A DNA stretch of 34,011 nucleotides from contig LZRQ01000027.1 of the NCBI GenBank assembly GCA_002159155.1, forward strand, positions 1 through 34,011. Reading direction: 5' to 3'. Below are positions 8,074 through 16,218 of this stretch, piece after piece. The position numbers and the translations under genes are program-made. Source of the DNA: Firmicutes bacterium ZCTH02-B6 (GTDB lineage: Bacteria; Bacillota; Limnochordia; Limnochordales; ZCTH02-B6). The notes beneath the pieces are model-generated. The model was not told the DNA's origin, did no database searches, and saw only the letters and a program-made list of their open reading frames with translations. Each line of letters begins with the position of its first letter. The stretch's first letter is position 1.

Positions 8074-10122
8074 TCACCGGCACCCTCTTTCCAACGCTTG
8101 CAGCGTGAAGCAGGCGTCGGGAACCGACGTGTCCAACTCCACGCCCGACAGGCGAACAAGGGTCCTGTACCCTTGCTTGGTCAGGTCCTCCACCACCATC
8201 AGCTGGGGCAGACGACTACCCCCGACCTCGAGATACTCCGAGAGCGTCAAGCGCTTGACGACTCGGCCCCGCTGGTCGTAGTAGTCGAGCCACTGCGGCG
8301 TCAAGCTGGTCTCCTCGACGCCGATGACGACACGGCCATAGGGCGTCGGGGCGCCCTGGCGCGGGGTGAGCTCGAGCACGATGGTGGCGTCCGTCCCACG
8401 GCCGCCGGCCGCTTCAGGGGCGGCGAACATCGCGGTGTAGTCCTTCTCGATGTCCCGGCCGACAATGTCGTTGTAGCTCACGTCCGAACTCAGGAAGGCG
8501 TTGCTGCGACCGCTGGGAGGAAGCCGGAGAGAGCGGCCTAAGCGGGCGTTGTACAGCCAAAGATCAGCACCGTCCATCAGAAACGCCTGCCCGGCTTCCC
8601 GGGGCGGCGCGACGATCCTGATGAGACCGCGGTCTTGACCGTCCGCGACGATCTCCATCACGTACTCCGTGGTCCGGCCCGGCCGCTCAATCGTGAACGT
8701 GTAAGTGCCCCGCAACGGCCCGCCGCGCCAGTTGTCCACCACCGCCTCTAACACGCCGGTGGCGTCCACCCCGGGGTGCACCGCGCCCTGGGTCGCGGCT
8801 GCAACGCCAGCCACTGTTAGAGCCACCACGATGCCCACAACCGCAGCGAACGCCCGCATGGCGATCGCGGTCCGCAGGCGTGCCGCCCGCCGCCCCGGGA
8901 CCAGGGCGCTCAGGACGACCGCCGCGGCGATCACCATGCCGGAGTACACCACATAGACGGCCCGCACCGCGCCGTACACCTCCTCGCTCAAGCCCGCCGT
9001 CGGCATGCTGGCGCTGACGGCGCCAAACAGCGGGCCGAGGATGTTGTAGCTGGCGAGAAGCCAAGCGAACGCGTAGCCTAGGCCCAAACCCGCAAGCCAG
9101 CCTAGAACACACGTGAACAACGCCTCCAGCGTCACCAGCGCCCCCAGACGGCCGGGCGGCACGCCCAGAGCGGAGATGACGCCCAACTCCCGAGTCCGTT
9201 CCATCACGCTCACAAAGACGGTACTGGCCACGGCCACCGCGGCGAAGGCGTAGACGATGAGCGCCAACACGTGGGCAAACACCCGGTTGGCTTCCACGTC
9301 GGCCTTGATCGGCCCGACGAGGTCCCAGACACCCCGGGCCGTAACGCCTGCGGGCAACACCGCCTGGGTTCGTCGTGCCACCTCGTCCTCCGCCCCCCGG
9401 GCAACGTCCAGGTCGAGCGTGGTGGCGGTGGACACCCCTGTAAGGCGGCGGGCGTCGTCGAGGTGAATAATAACGGCCGTTTGATCGACCAACGCCACCC
9501 CGCCGCGCACTATCCCCACAACCCGCAGCCCCATGGCCTGTGGTCCAGCCAGTGACCCGGCGCTCACCACCACCTGCTCGCCGATCCGGGCGTCGATGCG
9601 GCGGGCCACCTCTTGCCCCAAAACGATTTCTCCCGGCCCGGCGAGCCAGCGCCCTTCCGCCACCTTGCCGGGGATGCGGCTCAAGCGCGGCTCCCCCGCG
9701 GGGTCGACCCCCACGACTTCAACCCCCTGGGTGACGTAGACCGATTGGAGGAGCGCGGGAAACTGAAGCCTCGGCGAGGCCGCCCTGATGCCCGGGACAT
9801 CGGCCAGTGCCTGCTGGAACGCCAAATCGCTGAGGTGGTTCTCCGGGTCGGGGTCTTCGTACCAAGCATCCGCGGCGATACGCACGGGGGCAATGATGTA
9901 GCGGGCGTACGACTCGACGACCGACTCCGCGTACCCGTCCACGAAGCTCCAGTACACGATGGTAAGAAAGGTCACGTACGTTACGACCACCAGCAGCAGG
10001 ATGGTCCGCTGTCTGTGGCGCCACAAGTTGCGCCAAGCGAGACGCACGAGAGCCATGGCAGGAGAGGAACGCATCAGGGATATGGCAGGAGCGGGAGCCG
10101 GTTGGCGGGTTCCTTGCGTCAC
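8074..10122 (-). CDS. LolC/E-type ABC permease fused to a C-terminal LolA-like (outer-membrane lipoprotein-sorting) domain
   Basis: Residues ~24-422 form a permease ('LAWRNLWRHRQRT', 'ERTRELGVISALG', 'PGRRAARL..AIAMR'). An extra hydrophobic helix follows, then a LolA-like region ('LIRIVAPPREAGQAFL...LWLY..RLGRSLRL....FLSSDVSYND', 'Y.RVVIGV', 'YYDQRGRVVKRL', 'PDACFT..AL'). SD AAAGGCGGTG precedes GTG 10122. Confidence 0.85.
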   Translation of the reverse strand: MTQGTRQPAPAPAISLMRSSPAMALVRLAWRNLWRHRQRTILLLVVVTYVTFLTIVYWSFVDGYAESVVESYARYIIAPVRIAADAWYEDPDPENHLSDLAFQQALADVPGIRAASPRLQFPALLQSVYVTQGVEVVGVDPAGEPRLSRIPGKVAEGRWLAGPGEIVLGQEVARRIDARIGEQVVVSAGSLAGPQAMGLRVVGIVRGGVALVDQTAVIIHLDDARRLTGVSTATTLDLDVARGAEDEVARRTQAVLPAGVTARGVWDLVGPIKADVEANRVFAHVLALIVYAFAAVAVASTVFVSVMERTRELGVISALGVPPGRLGALVTLEALFTCVLGWLAGLGLGYAFAWLLASYNILGPLFGAVSASMPTAGLSEEVYGAVRAVYVVYSGMVIAAAVVLSALVPGRRAARLRTAIAMRAFAAVVGIVVALTVAGVAAATQGAVHPGVDATGVLEAVVDNWRGGPLRGTYTFTIERPGRTTEYVMEIVADGQDRGLIRIVAPPREAGQAFLMDGADLWLYNARLGRSLRLPPSGRSNAFLSSDVSYNDIVGRDIEKDYTAMFAAPEAAGGRGTDATIVLELTPRQGAPTPYGRVVIGVEETSLTPQWLDYYDQRGRVVKRLTLSEYLEVGGSRLPQLMVVEDLTKQGYRTLVRLSGVELDTSVPDACFTLQALERGCR

Positions 10123-10171
10123 GGTCTGACCACCGCCTTTCGCGGAGCAGACAAGGGGGCTGCCCGAAAAG

Positions 10172-10222
10172 TGACCGCGCGGTCAGCACCTCAAGTCTAC
10201 CGCGAAAGTGACCACTTGGTCA
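10172..10222. promoter_or_regulatory. Two palindromic operators TGACC-N4-GGTCA (probable TetR sites)
   Basis: TGACCgcgcGGTCA at 10172-10185 and TGACCacttGGTCA at 10209-10222, both preceded by AAAG. One overlaps the -35 element; the other lies just downstream of the predicted +1. Confidence 0.75.
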
Positions 10223-10223
10223 A
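10194..10223 (-). promoter_or_regulatory. sigmaA/sigma70-type promoter of the Lol-like operon
   Basis: On the minus strand: TTGACC (10223-10218), 18-bp spacer, TAGACT (10199-10194), about 70 bp upstream of the GTG start. Confidence 0.7.
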
Positions 10224-10289
10224 CGCGTCGCGCCTTCCAGGGGATCGCGCGAGGGTGTCGAAGCGGTGCATCGGTTTGGAGCGCGCCGG

Positions 10290-10868
10290 CTAAAGTTCCC
10301 GGATCACTCGGCACGGGTTTCCCGCGGCCAGCACCCGAGGCGGGACCTCCTTGGTGACCACCGCGCCGGCACCGATGACGGCCCCGTCGCCGACCCGCAC
10401 CCCAGGGCAAATGATCGCGCCGCCGCCGACCCACACGTCGTTGCCGATGTACACCGGCAATGCGGACTCCAGTCCCCGCCGCCGCTCGTCGGGATCGAGG
10501 GGATGGGTGGCCGTGTAGATGTGCACCCCGGGGCCAAACAAGACGTTGCTGCCGATGTGCACCTCGGCCGGATCAAGGATCACGCAGTCGAAGTTGAAAA
10601 ACACCCGGTCCCCCAGGTAAATGTTCTTGCCGTAGTCGCAGTAAAACGGCGGCTCGATGACCACTTCCGCGCCGACCGCGCCGAACAGCTCTTCATACAG
10701 TGCCCTCCGGGAGGAGGGATTGCCGTAATCCGGATCGGGTGCAAAGTTGAGTCGCCGCAGAAGTTCCCGCGCCCGGCGCCGGCCCGCCAACAGCTCCGGG
10801 TCCGAGGCGTCGTAAAGCTCGCCTTCCAGCATCTTCATTCGTTCCGACTTCAACCCCATCGCCTCCAC
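10290..10868 (-). CDS. maa: Sugar O-acetyltransferase (maltose/galactoside O-acetyltransferase family)
   Basis: 'KMLEGELYDASDPEL', 'IEPPFYCDYGKNIYLG', 'HIYTATHP', 'PVYIGNDVWVGGGAIICPGV', 'AAGNPCRVIREL', with hexapeptide repeats. Start could be 10868 (GTG) or 10859 (ATG). Confidence 0.9.
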   Translation of the reverse strand: MEAMGLKSERMKMLEGELYDASDPELLAGRRRARELLRRLNFAPDPDYGNPSSRRALYEELFGAVGAEVVIEPPFYCDYGKNIYLGDRVFFNFDCVILDPAEVHIGSNVLFGPGVHIYTATHPLDPDERRRGLESALPVYIGNDVWVGGGAIICPGVRVGDGAVIGAGAVVTKEVPPRVLAAGNPCRVIREL

Positions 10869-10980
10869 CGACGTCTCCTATGCGGCGGTCACCGCGGGTC
10901 AATGGTAGTCTCCCCACCGGTACGGCGAACGACGCCGTCCGGAAGTGCAAAAGACAGCATGCTGTGACGACGACGTTGGC

Positions 10981-11889
10981 CTACCCGTGCAGGAACGAAA
11001 GCCCGCGCCGGAGGCTCGAGCCAAAGCCGTTTGGGTAGTCGTGGCCGAGTCCGGGGTGCTCCTCCACGTCGCAGGCCAGACCAGCTTGCTTCATGGCCAA
11101 CGCGAGCTCTTTGGCGGGCCCATAGCACCAGTCCTCGGTTCCGACCACGACGTATCCCCGGACGCCGCGGGGCGCCGTTTGGACCAGCGGGCCCATCTGC
11201 TCCGTGCGAAAACTCGGAGCGACAGCCAGGAACCCGCAGGCCGGTATCGATCCGCTCAACGTCGCGCGAATGGCCAAGCCTCCCCCCATCGAGAAGCCCG
11301 CGAGCACGATCGGGGAACCCTCCCCGATCTCCTCAAGGTGGCGGCGCACTTCTTCTATGGCTTTGGCCGCGTCTTGCCAGTGGTAGCGTCGAGGGGCAAA
11401 GACTTGCGATGACTGCAGCATGGCAACGCGCCATCCTAGCTGTACCGCTTGGCGCCAGTAATCGCCTTCGGTCAGGATGCTGCCGCCGGCTCCGTGCAGG
11501 GCGACCAAAAGACCGCACGGCTGCCCGGCCGGCTCCCACACTTGCCGCTCCGGTTTCGCCTCCGCTTGCGCCTGCTGGTGTCGCTCGTTAAATAGGCGCT
11601 GCAGGTCAGCCAGTTCCGCGGAATCGCGGATGATGTCCAAGTCCGGATCCCGGAGCATGCGCTCATGGTACCAGTGGCCGCGTTCGGCCGCCGACTGGAG
11701 CGCCCTGATGGCCTCGGAGCGGTTCCCCAGGCGCCCATAGAGACAAGCCCGCCAAAAGAGAAGGTCGCTCTCGAACTGCGTCAGCGCCTCGGCATGCTCG
11801 TCAATCAGCGCCAGCGCTTCCGCGTACGCTTGGCGCTCAGAGAGGGCGAACACCCGGTCGCGTAGTCGCTTAAACTGGGCGTCTTGCAT
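10981..11889 (-). CDS. Alpha/beta hydrolase (esterase-like) with N-terminal TPR-like helical domain
   Basis: 'LVALHGAG' oxyanion motif, nucleophile elbow GFSMG, Asp in 'GTED', His in 'GLGHDYP'. The N-terminal 'WRACLYGRLG..SEAIRALQSA...DPDLD.IR' region is TPR-like. Start ATG 11889 inferred. Confidence 0.85.
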   Translation of the reverse strand: MQDAQFKRLRDRVFALSERQAYAEALALIDEHAEALTQFESDLLFWRACLYGRLGNRSEAIRALQSAAERGHWYHERMLRDPDLDIIRDSAELADLQRLFNERHQQAQAEAKPERQVWEPAGQPCGLLVALHGAGGSILTEGDYWRQAVQLGWRVAMLQSSQVFAPRRYHWQDAAKAIEEVRRHLEEIGEGSPIVLAGFSMGGGLAIRATLSGSIPACGFLAVAPSFRTEQMGPLVQTAPRGVRGYVVVGTEDWCYGPAKELALAMKQAGLACDVEEHPGLGHDYPNGFGSSLRRGLSFLHG

Positions 11890-11972
11890 CTCCCAACGTC
11901 CCCCGTTGGACAAAATTCCTTTAGACCGATGGGTTCTACCTTTGAACACCCAGGTGCGCGATCCTTCGCCCC

Positions 11973-12530
11973 CAAGTAGCGGAGGAGGGAGGTCACCGGC
12001 TCGTCCTCTTTTACGTGCTAGGCAACTCCGGCTTCCTCGCCTACAAGCGATCGCTATTGGCTGAGGCCGAGTCGTCCTGCTTGGAAGCCCTTGATCTCGC
12101 GGTCGAGTTGGGCCTCAAGAGCGGCCAGGCCAATATCGCTTACTACCTCGCGCTCATCGCTCTCGACCGGCGCAACCCGGCCCAGGCCTTGCCCTACCTG
12201 CGCCAAGCGCTGGAGCTGTCCATCGATGCCCACGCCTTGCACCTGACGCTGCAGGCCATGCACGGCTACGCCCGATACTTGGCCTTGGTGGGCCAAGGAG
12301 AGGCCGCGGCTGCCCTGCTGCATTTCGTCATCAACCAACCCAGTTACTCAAGCGCGGCCCGCACCCGTTCCGAAGAAGTACTGGGCGGTGTGCTTGCGGA
12401 TCTGACCCCGCAACAGCGAGCCAGGGCGGCCCGCAAGGCGGCCGAGTGGCCCCTGGAAGCCTTTACCGAGGAGCTGCGCCGCCTGGACGCGACCAGTCAG
12501 GAAACCTCAGGAGGAAAGCCCTCTAGCTAA
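11973..12530 (+). pseudogene. C-terminal TPR remnant of a larger TPR protein (resembles the ends of SARP/BTAD-ATPase-TPR regulators)
   Basis: TPR periodicity ('EALDLAVELG..SGQANIAYYLALIA', 'ALPYLRQALELS') continues in frame upstream of GTG 12015 ('QVAEEGGHRLVLFYVLGNSG') toward a stop at 11943. GTG 12015 has no correctly spaced SD. Confidence 0.55.
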
Positions 12531-12570
12531 CGGGTGAGTGCGGCCGCGGTTCGCATCACTGTCCGGCAGG

Positions 12571-13692
12571 CTAGCGATACTTCCCCCTGGCCATCACGGG
12601 GATCTCTCGCACCACTCGCCCGTCGCGATAGCCGTAAAGAACATCGCTCAAGTTGACCGCGGGACAAACGTGATTGGGAATGATGTGCAGCCGATCGCCA
12701 ACCCGCAGTTGGACGCCGTTATGGTCTGGATCGAAAACCAGAACGCCGTGTTCCTCGCTGAGCCGCTGCAGCCGCACCCCGGGCCAACCGACAACGTGCC
12801 CAAAGGTGCCGTCGCCCCGCACCGAAGGGTCGGAAGAGAACACCTTGCTCCCTGCGTCGATAACGGCCCGGTCGGGCGCCGGGCGACTCACCACTGTGGC
12901 CAGCACGGTGAGGGCGCAGTCGGCCTCTCCGGCCGCCCACCGATCCATGGTGTTGCGGTCGTTGAAGACATATGTTCCTGGCCGAATCTCGGTAACGCCG
13001 GACACTTGCGCCTCAAAGCACGCCGCCGGCGTCGATCCGGGGCTGACGTGGGCGATAGGCAGGCCGCGCCGGCGCAAGATCTCGGCGGTTTCCACCAAGG
13101 CCTCCGCAGCCCGGCGGGCCGTCGCCGCCAACTCCTCAGGGGTGCGAGCGGCCGCCACGTGCCCTGCGTGGGACATGAGCCCGGCCACCTCGAGCCCTTG
13201 GATCCGGGCAATCCGCTCGGCCAGCTCCACCGTGGGCATGCCGGGCCCTAGCCCCATGCGGCGGAGGCCCGTGTCCACGTCGATAAAAACCCGCGCCCGT
13301 CCCCGCCCACTGCGGCGCACCGCTTGGGCCATGGCCTCCGCCGCCTCCAACGAGTCGACGGACAGGATGATGTCCGCTTCGTTAAGCAACCGCTCCAGGC
13401 GGGACAGCTTTTGCTCGCCGAGGATGGGATACGCGAGCAGGATATCCCGGATGCCGGCCTCCACCATCGCTTCGGCTTCGCCCAGCTTGGCGACGGTGAT
13501 GCCGATGGCGCCGGCACGCAGCTGCTGATGGGCGATCCACGGCGACTTGTGCGTCTTGGCATGGGGACGCAAACCCACCCCCGTCTGCCGCGCCAGGCCG
13601 GCCATCCGCTCGATGTTCCGTTCCATAACCGCCAGGTCAACCACTAGGGCGGGAGTGTCCAGTTCTTCCAGCAAGGGGCGCGGCAATGCCAT
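12571..13692 (-). CDS. Fold-type III PLP enzyme, D-threonine aldolase / D-serine dehydratase (DSD1)-like
   Basis: 'LDTPALVVDL..MERNI', PLP-lysine motif 'RPHAKTHK', 'DVDTG..RMG', 'TEIRPGTYVFND', 'DAGSK', 'LSEEHG', metal ligands in 'PNHVC'. SD GGAGG precedes ATG 13692. Confidence 0.9.
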   Translation of the reverse strand: MALPRPLLEELDTPALVVDLAVMERNIERMAGLARQTGVGLRPHAKTHKSPWIAHQQLRAGAIGITVAKLGEAEAMVEAGIRDILLAYPILGEQKLSRLERLLNEADIILSVDSLEAAEAMAQAVRRSGRGRARVFIDVDTGLRRMGLGPGMPTVELAERIARIQGLEVAGLMSHAGHVAAARTPEELAATARRAAEALVETAEILRRRGLPIAHVSPGSTPAACFEAQVSGVTEIRPGTYVFNDRNTMDRWAAGEADCALTVLATVVSRPAPDRAVIDAGSKVFSSDPSVRGDGTFGHVVGWPGVRLQRLSEEHGVLVFDPDHNGVQLRVGDRLHIIPNHVCPAVNLSDVLYGYRDGRVVREIPVMARGKYR

Positions 13693-13708
13693 GGCACCTC
13701 CGTATCCA

Positions 13709-14008
13709 TTACGGCTCGGGGACGACGGCAATGGCCTCGATCTCCACAAGGAAATTCGGATCCGCCAGTGCAGCCACAAAGACCACCGTCAGTGCCGGCG
13801 GCTTGCCCCGCTTTCCCCCATAGCGCATGAACACCTCAAACCCGGCCCTGGCCGAATGGCCGTGCACCACGTACACCGTCCACTTCACCACATGTTCGAG
13901 GCGGGCCCCAGCCGCGGCTAGTGTGGCCTCGATGTTCTTAAGCACCTGCTCGGTCTGGGCCGCCACGTCCCCAATGCCCACAATCTGGCCGGACCCGTCG
14001 ACCGCGTT
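13709..14008 (-). pseudogene. Rid (YjgF/YER057c/UK114) family gene, N-terminally truncated or frameshifted
   Basis: In-frame 'NAVDGSGQIVGIGDVAAQTEQVLKNIEATLAAAGARLEHVVK...LVEIEAIAV'. An in-frame stop sits at 14033-14035, the ~30 N-terminal residues typical of the family are missing, and GTG 13981 has no SD. Confidence 0.7.
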
Positions 14009-14131
14009 GGTCCCGTCGACAGGCTGCTGCGTTCATCGTACGGGCCGCCTATCCTCGCCGGCGTGGCCTCGAGGCCTGGACCGGCTCCCCGGCAAGGCCG
14101 GCAAGCTCAGTCGGCGTCGACAGGAACACAC

Positions 14132-14158
14132 ATTCGGTTCCAGACGAGTCCATCCTGC
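14132..14158 (-). promoter_or_regulatory. sigmaH-like promoter upstream of the rid/PLP-enzyme genes
   Basis: Minus strand GCAGGA-N17-GAAT matches the Bacillota sigmaH consensus (RNAGGA-N17/18-GAAT). Confidence 0.4.
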
Positions 14159-14244
14159 TGCGAGTTCTCCAGGCCTTTGCGACAGCTCCTCGTTGCGGCT
14201 GGACGTCTGAAAGTGGTGCGATAGCAGCTGCAACGGCGGGTCTA

Positions 14245-15294
14245 TCATGCCGCAAACAGGAAATCCCGGCCCTCCTCTCGCCCCCAGGCTCGCAGCTGAG
14301 CCCGGATCTCCGCCCGGGCGTGGGCCGCGGGCACGGCGACAATGACGAACCGCCGGGTTTCTCTGAGATAATCGATCGCGTGGACAGGCCGACCGTGACG
14401 GGTGCGGCCGATGGAACGGGGCGTGATGTCCACAAACGCCTCGATGTCCACGCCCTCCCGCATCAGCTCCTTTCCCAGCCGGCGCCCGGTCATGCCGGCG
14501 CCCCAGATGATCACGGGGCCCCGGCGCACCCGCGGGTCGTGCGCGAGGAAATGCGCCTTGCAGCGGATAAAACCGCCCAGAGAGCAGCGCGGGTCACTGA
14601 ATGACAGGCGCTCGGGGTACATCCGCCAGCCCAACAGCACCTGGGACAGTTTCGCCAGGTGGTAGCCCGCTTGGTGATACCGGAGCCACAGATCGTAATC
14701 CTCCGGCCACGGCACGTCGCGGTAGCCGCCGAGCCTTAACACCTCGTCCCGGCGGTACATGGCCGACGGGTGAACGATCGGGCTTTCGATGTAGATCTCG
14801 CGAGCGATGTCCTCAGGCTGCACGAGGCGATTGGACCATGCTTCGTAGGCGTAAAAGGCGTCGCTGACGGCCCGCTTTGGAAATGACCGGACCCGGGTGC
14901 CCACCACCCCGACGGGCGGATGATTAAGCAGAAACGCGGCCTGCCGCGCCAGCCGCTCTGGATGCGCCACGTCGTCGGCGTCCATGCGGGCGATAAGCGC
15001 GTATCTGGCTGCCTCAAGTCCTGTGTTGAGCGCCGCCACGATGCCGCGGTGCGGTTGGGCGATAACCCGCAGTTCCGGATACGCGGCCGCCATCTCGGCC
15101 AAAAGCGCAAGACTGCCGTCCGTCGAACCGTCGTCGACGCAGATCAGCTCCACCTGCACGCGGCGCTGCCGGCGGATGCTGGCCACCGCCTGCGCCAGGG
15201 TCTCACGGGCGTTGAAGACCGGCATCACCACGCTCACCGCCGGGATGCGTAAAGACGCGGCCCCCGCAGACGCTCCCGCTTCTACGGCCATCAT
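14245..15294 (-). CDS. Glycosyltransferase family 2 with C-terminal Rossmann-like domain
   Basis: 'VSVVMPVFNA', 'VDDGSTDGS', DxD in 'ARMDADD', 'HPSAMYRR', 'EDYDLWLR'. The C-terminal part has 'IIWGAGMTGRRL...AFVD'. Confidence 0.92.
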   Translation of the reverse strand: MMAVEAGASAGAASLRIPAVSVVMPVFNARETLAQAVASIRRQRRVQVELICVDDGSTDGSLALLAEMAAAYPELRVIAQPHRGIVAALNTGLEAARYALIARMDADDVAHPERLARQAAFLLNHPPVGVVGTRVRSFPKRAVSDAFYAYEAWSNRLVQPEDIAREIYIESPIVHPSAMYRRDEVLRLGGYRDVPWPEDYDLWLRYHQAGYHLAKLSQVLLGWRMYPERLSFSDPRCSLGGFIRCKAHFLAHDPRVRRGPVIIWGAGMTGRRLGKELMREGVDIEAFVDITPRSIGRTRHGRPVHAIDYLRETRRFVIVAVPAAHARAEIRAQLRAWGREEGRDFLFAA

Positions 15295-15362
15295 AGTCCG
15301 TCCGACACCAGCACTGTCCAGACACGCCGCGCCGACGGGCTCTCAGTCGCGCGGCTGCCTTC

Positions 15363-15821
15363 CTATCCGAGCATGGGCTTCCCAAGCAGGGCCCGGAGGG
15401 TGGAGATCTTGCCGATGTGATAGCCCCGGTGCAGATTCATAAACGTCAGGGCGCCACCGACCGTCCCGTATTCGTTGCCCCCGTCGGCCGCTTTGTCCAG
15501 ATCCGCCGTCTCCGCAAGGCGTATCATCCCTTCATTGGCGCGGCAAAACGCGTCATACACCTCCTGCAGCGGCGGCAGCGGCCCGTCCCCGGTGCTGCCC
15601 TGGCGGAACAGCTCCCGGTATCCCGCCGGCACCAGGAGCTCCCCTCCGGCCACATCCTGCACGAGCCACGCGTCGTAGTACGCCATATGCCCTACGTGCC
15701 AGACAATGGGTACAAGGCCTTGAGGGCGCGCCGTAGCATCCTCCTCCGAGACGTCCCGGAGGCTCTGTCTGAGCCATTGGGCTGTGAAATGCAGCTGGTT
15801 TTTGATCTCATCCCGCACCAA
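15363..15821 (-). CDS. DinB/YfiT-like four-helix metalloprotein (putative thiol S-transferase)
   Basis: 'IVWHVGHMAYYD' and 'LHRGYHIGKISTLRALLG' supply the His triad. SD AGGAGG upstream. Confidence 0.85.
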   Translation of the reverse strand: MVRDEIKNQLHFTAQWLRQSLRDVSEEDATARPQGLVPIVWHVGHMAYYDAWLVQDVAGGELLVPAGYRELFRQGSTGDGPLPPLQEVYDAFCRANEGMIRLAETADLDKAADGGNEYGTVGGALTFMNLHRGYHIGKISTLRALLGKPMLG

Positions 15822-15838
15822 ACACGCCTCCTACTGCT

Positions 15839-16198
15839 TTATCCCTTGATGCGGATAGCCGTGCCGTAGACCACGATCTCGGCGGCGCCGGTCGTGATAG
15901 AGTTGGTCGCCATCCGAACCCCAATGATGGCATTGGCACCGAGCCGCCGGGCTTCAGCCTTCATTTCCTGGATAGCCTCTTCCCGGGTTTCTTCCAAAAG
16001 CCTCGCGTACTCCGTGATCTCGCCGCCGACGATCTTTCGCAAGCCCGCCACTAGATCCTGGCCTACGTGCCGGGAGCGCACGCGACTTCCTTTCACCAAT
16101 CCCAGCACCTCATACTCGGCCCTCAGGTCATCCGTCGTCGTCAGAAGCACTTGGCCAACCTCCCCGCGCCTTGGTCTCGCGCCATCTTGCTGCGTCAA
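15839..16198 (-). CDS. YbjQ (UPF0145) family protein
   Basis: 'LLTTTD...YEVLGLVKG', 'LRKIVGGEITEY..LLEETREEAI..M..EA..LGANAIIGVR', 'EIVVYGTA'. SD AAGGGAAGGG precedes TTG. Confidence 0.92.
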   Translation of the reverse strand: MTQQDGARPRRGEVGQVLLTTTDDLRAEYEVLGLVKGSRVRSRHVGQDLVAGLRKIVGGEITEYARLLEETREEAIQEMKAEARRLGANAIIGVRMATNSITTGAAEIVVYGTAIRIKG

Positions 16199-16218
16199 TC
16201 GCGCATGCGCCCTTCCCT

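Noticed and set aside
14033-14248. 71-aa ORF overlapping the GT2 stop (ATGA)
   Set aside because: No SD and no family features, it is not the missing Rid N-terminus, and the region reads better as a promoter.
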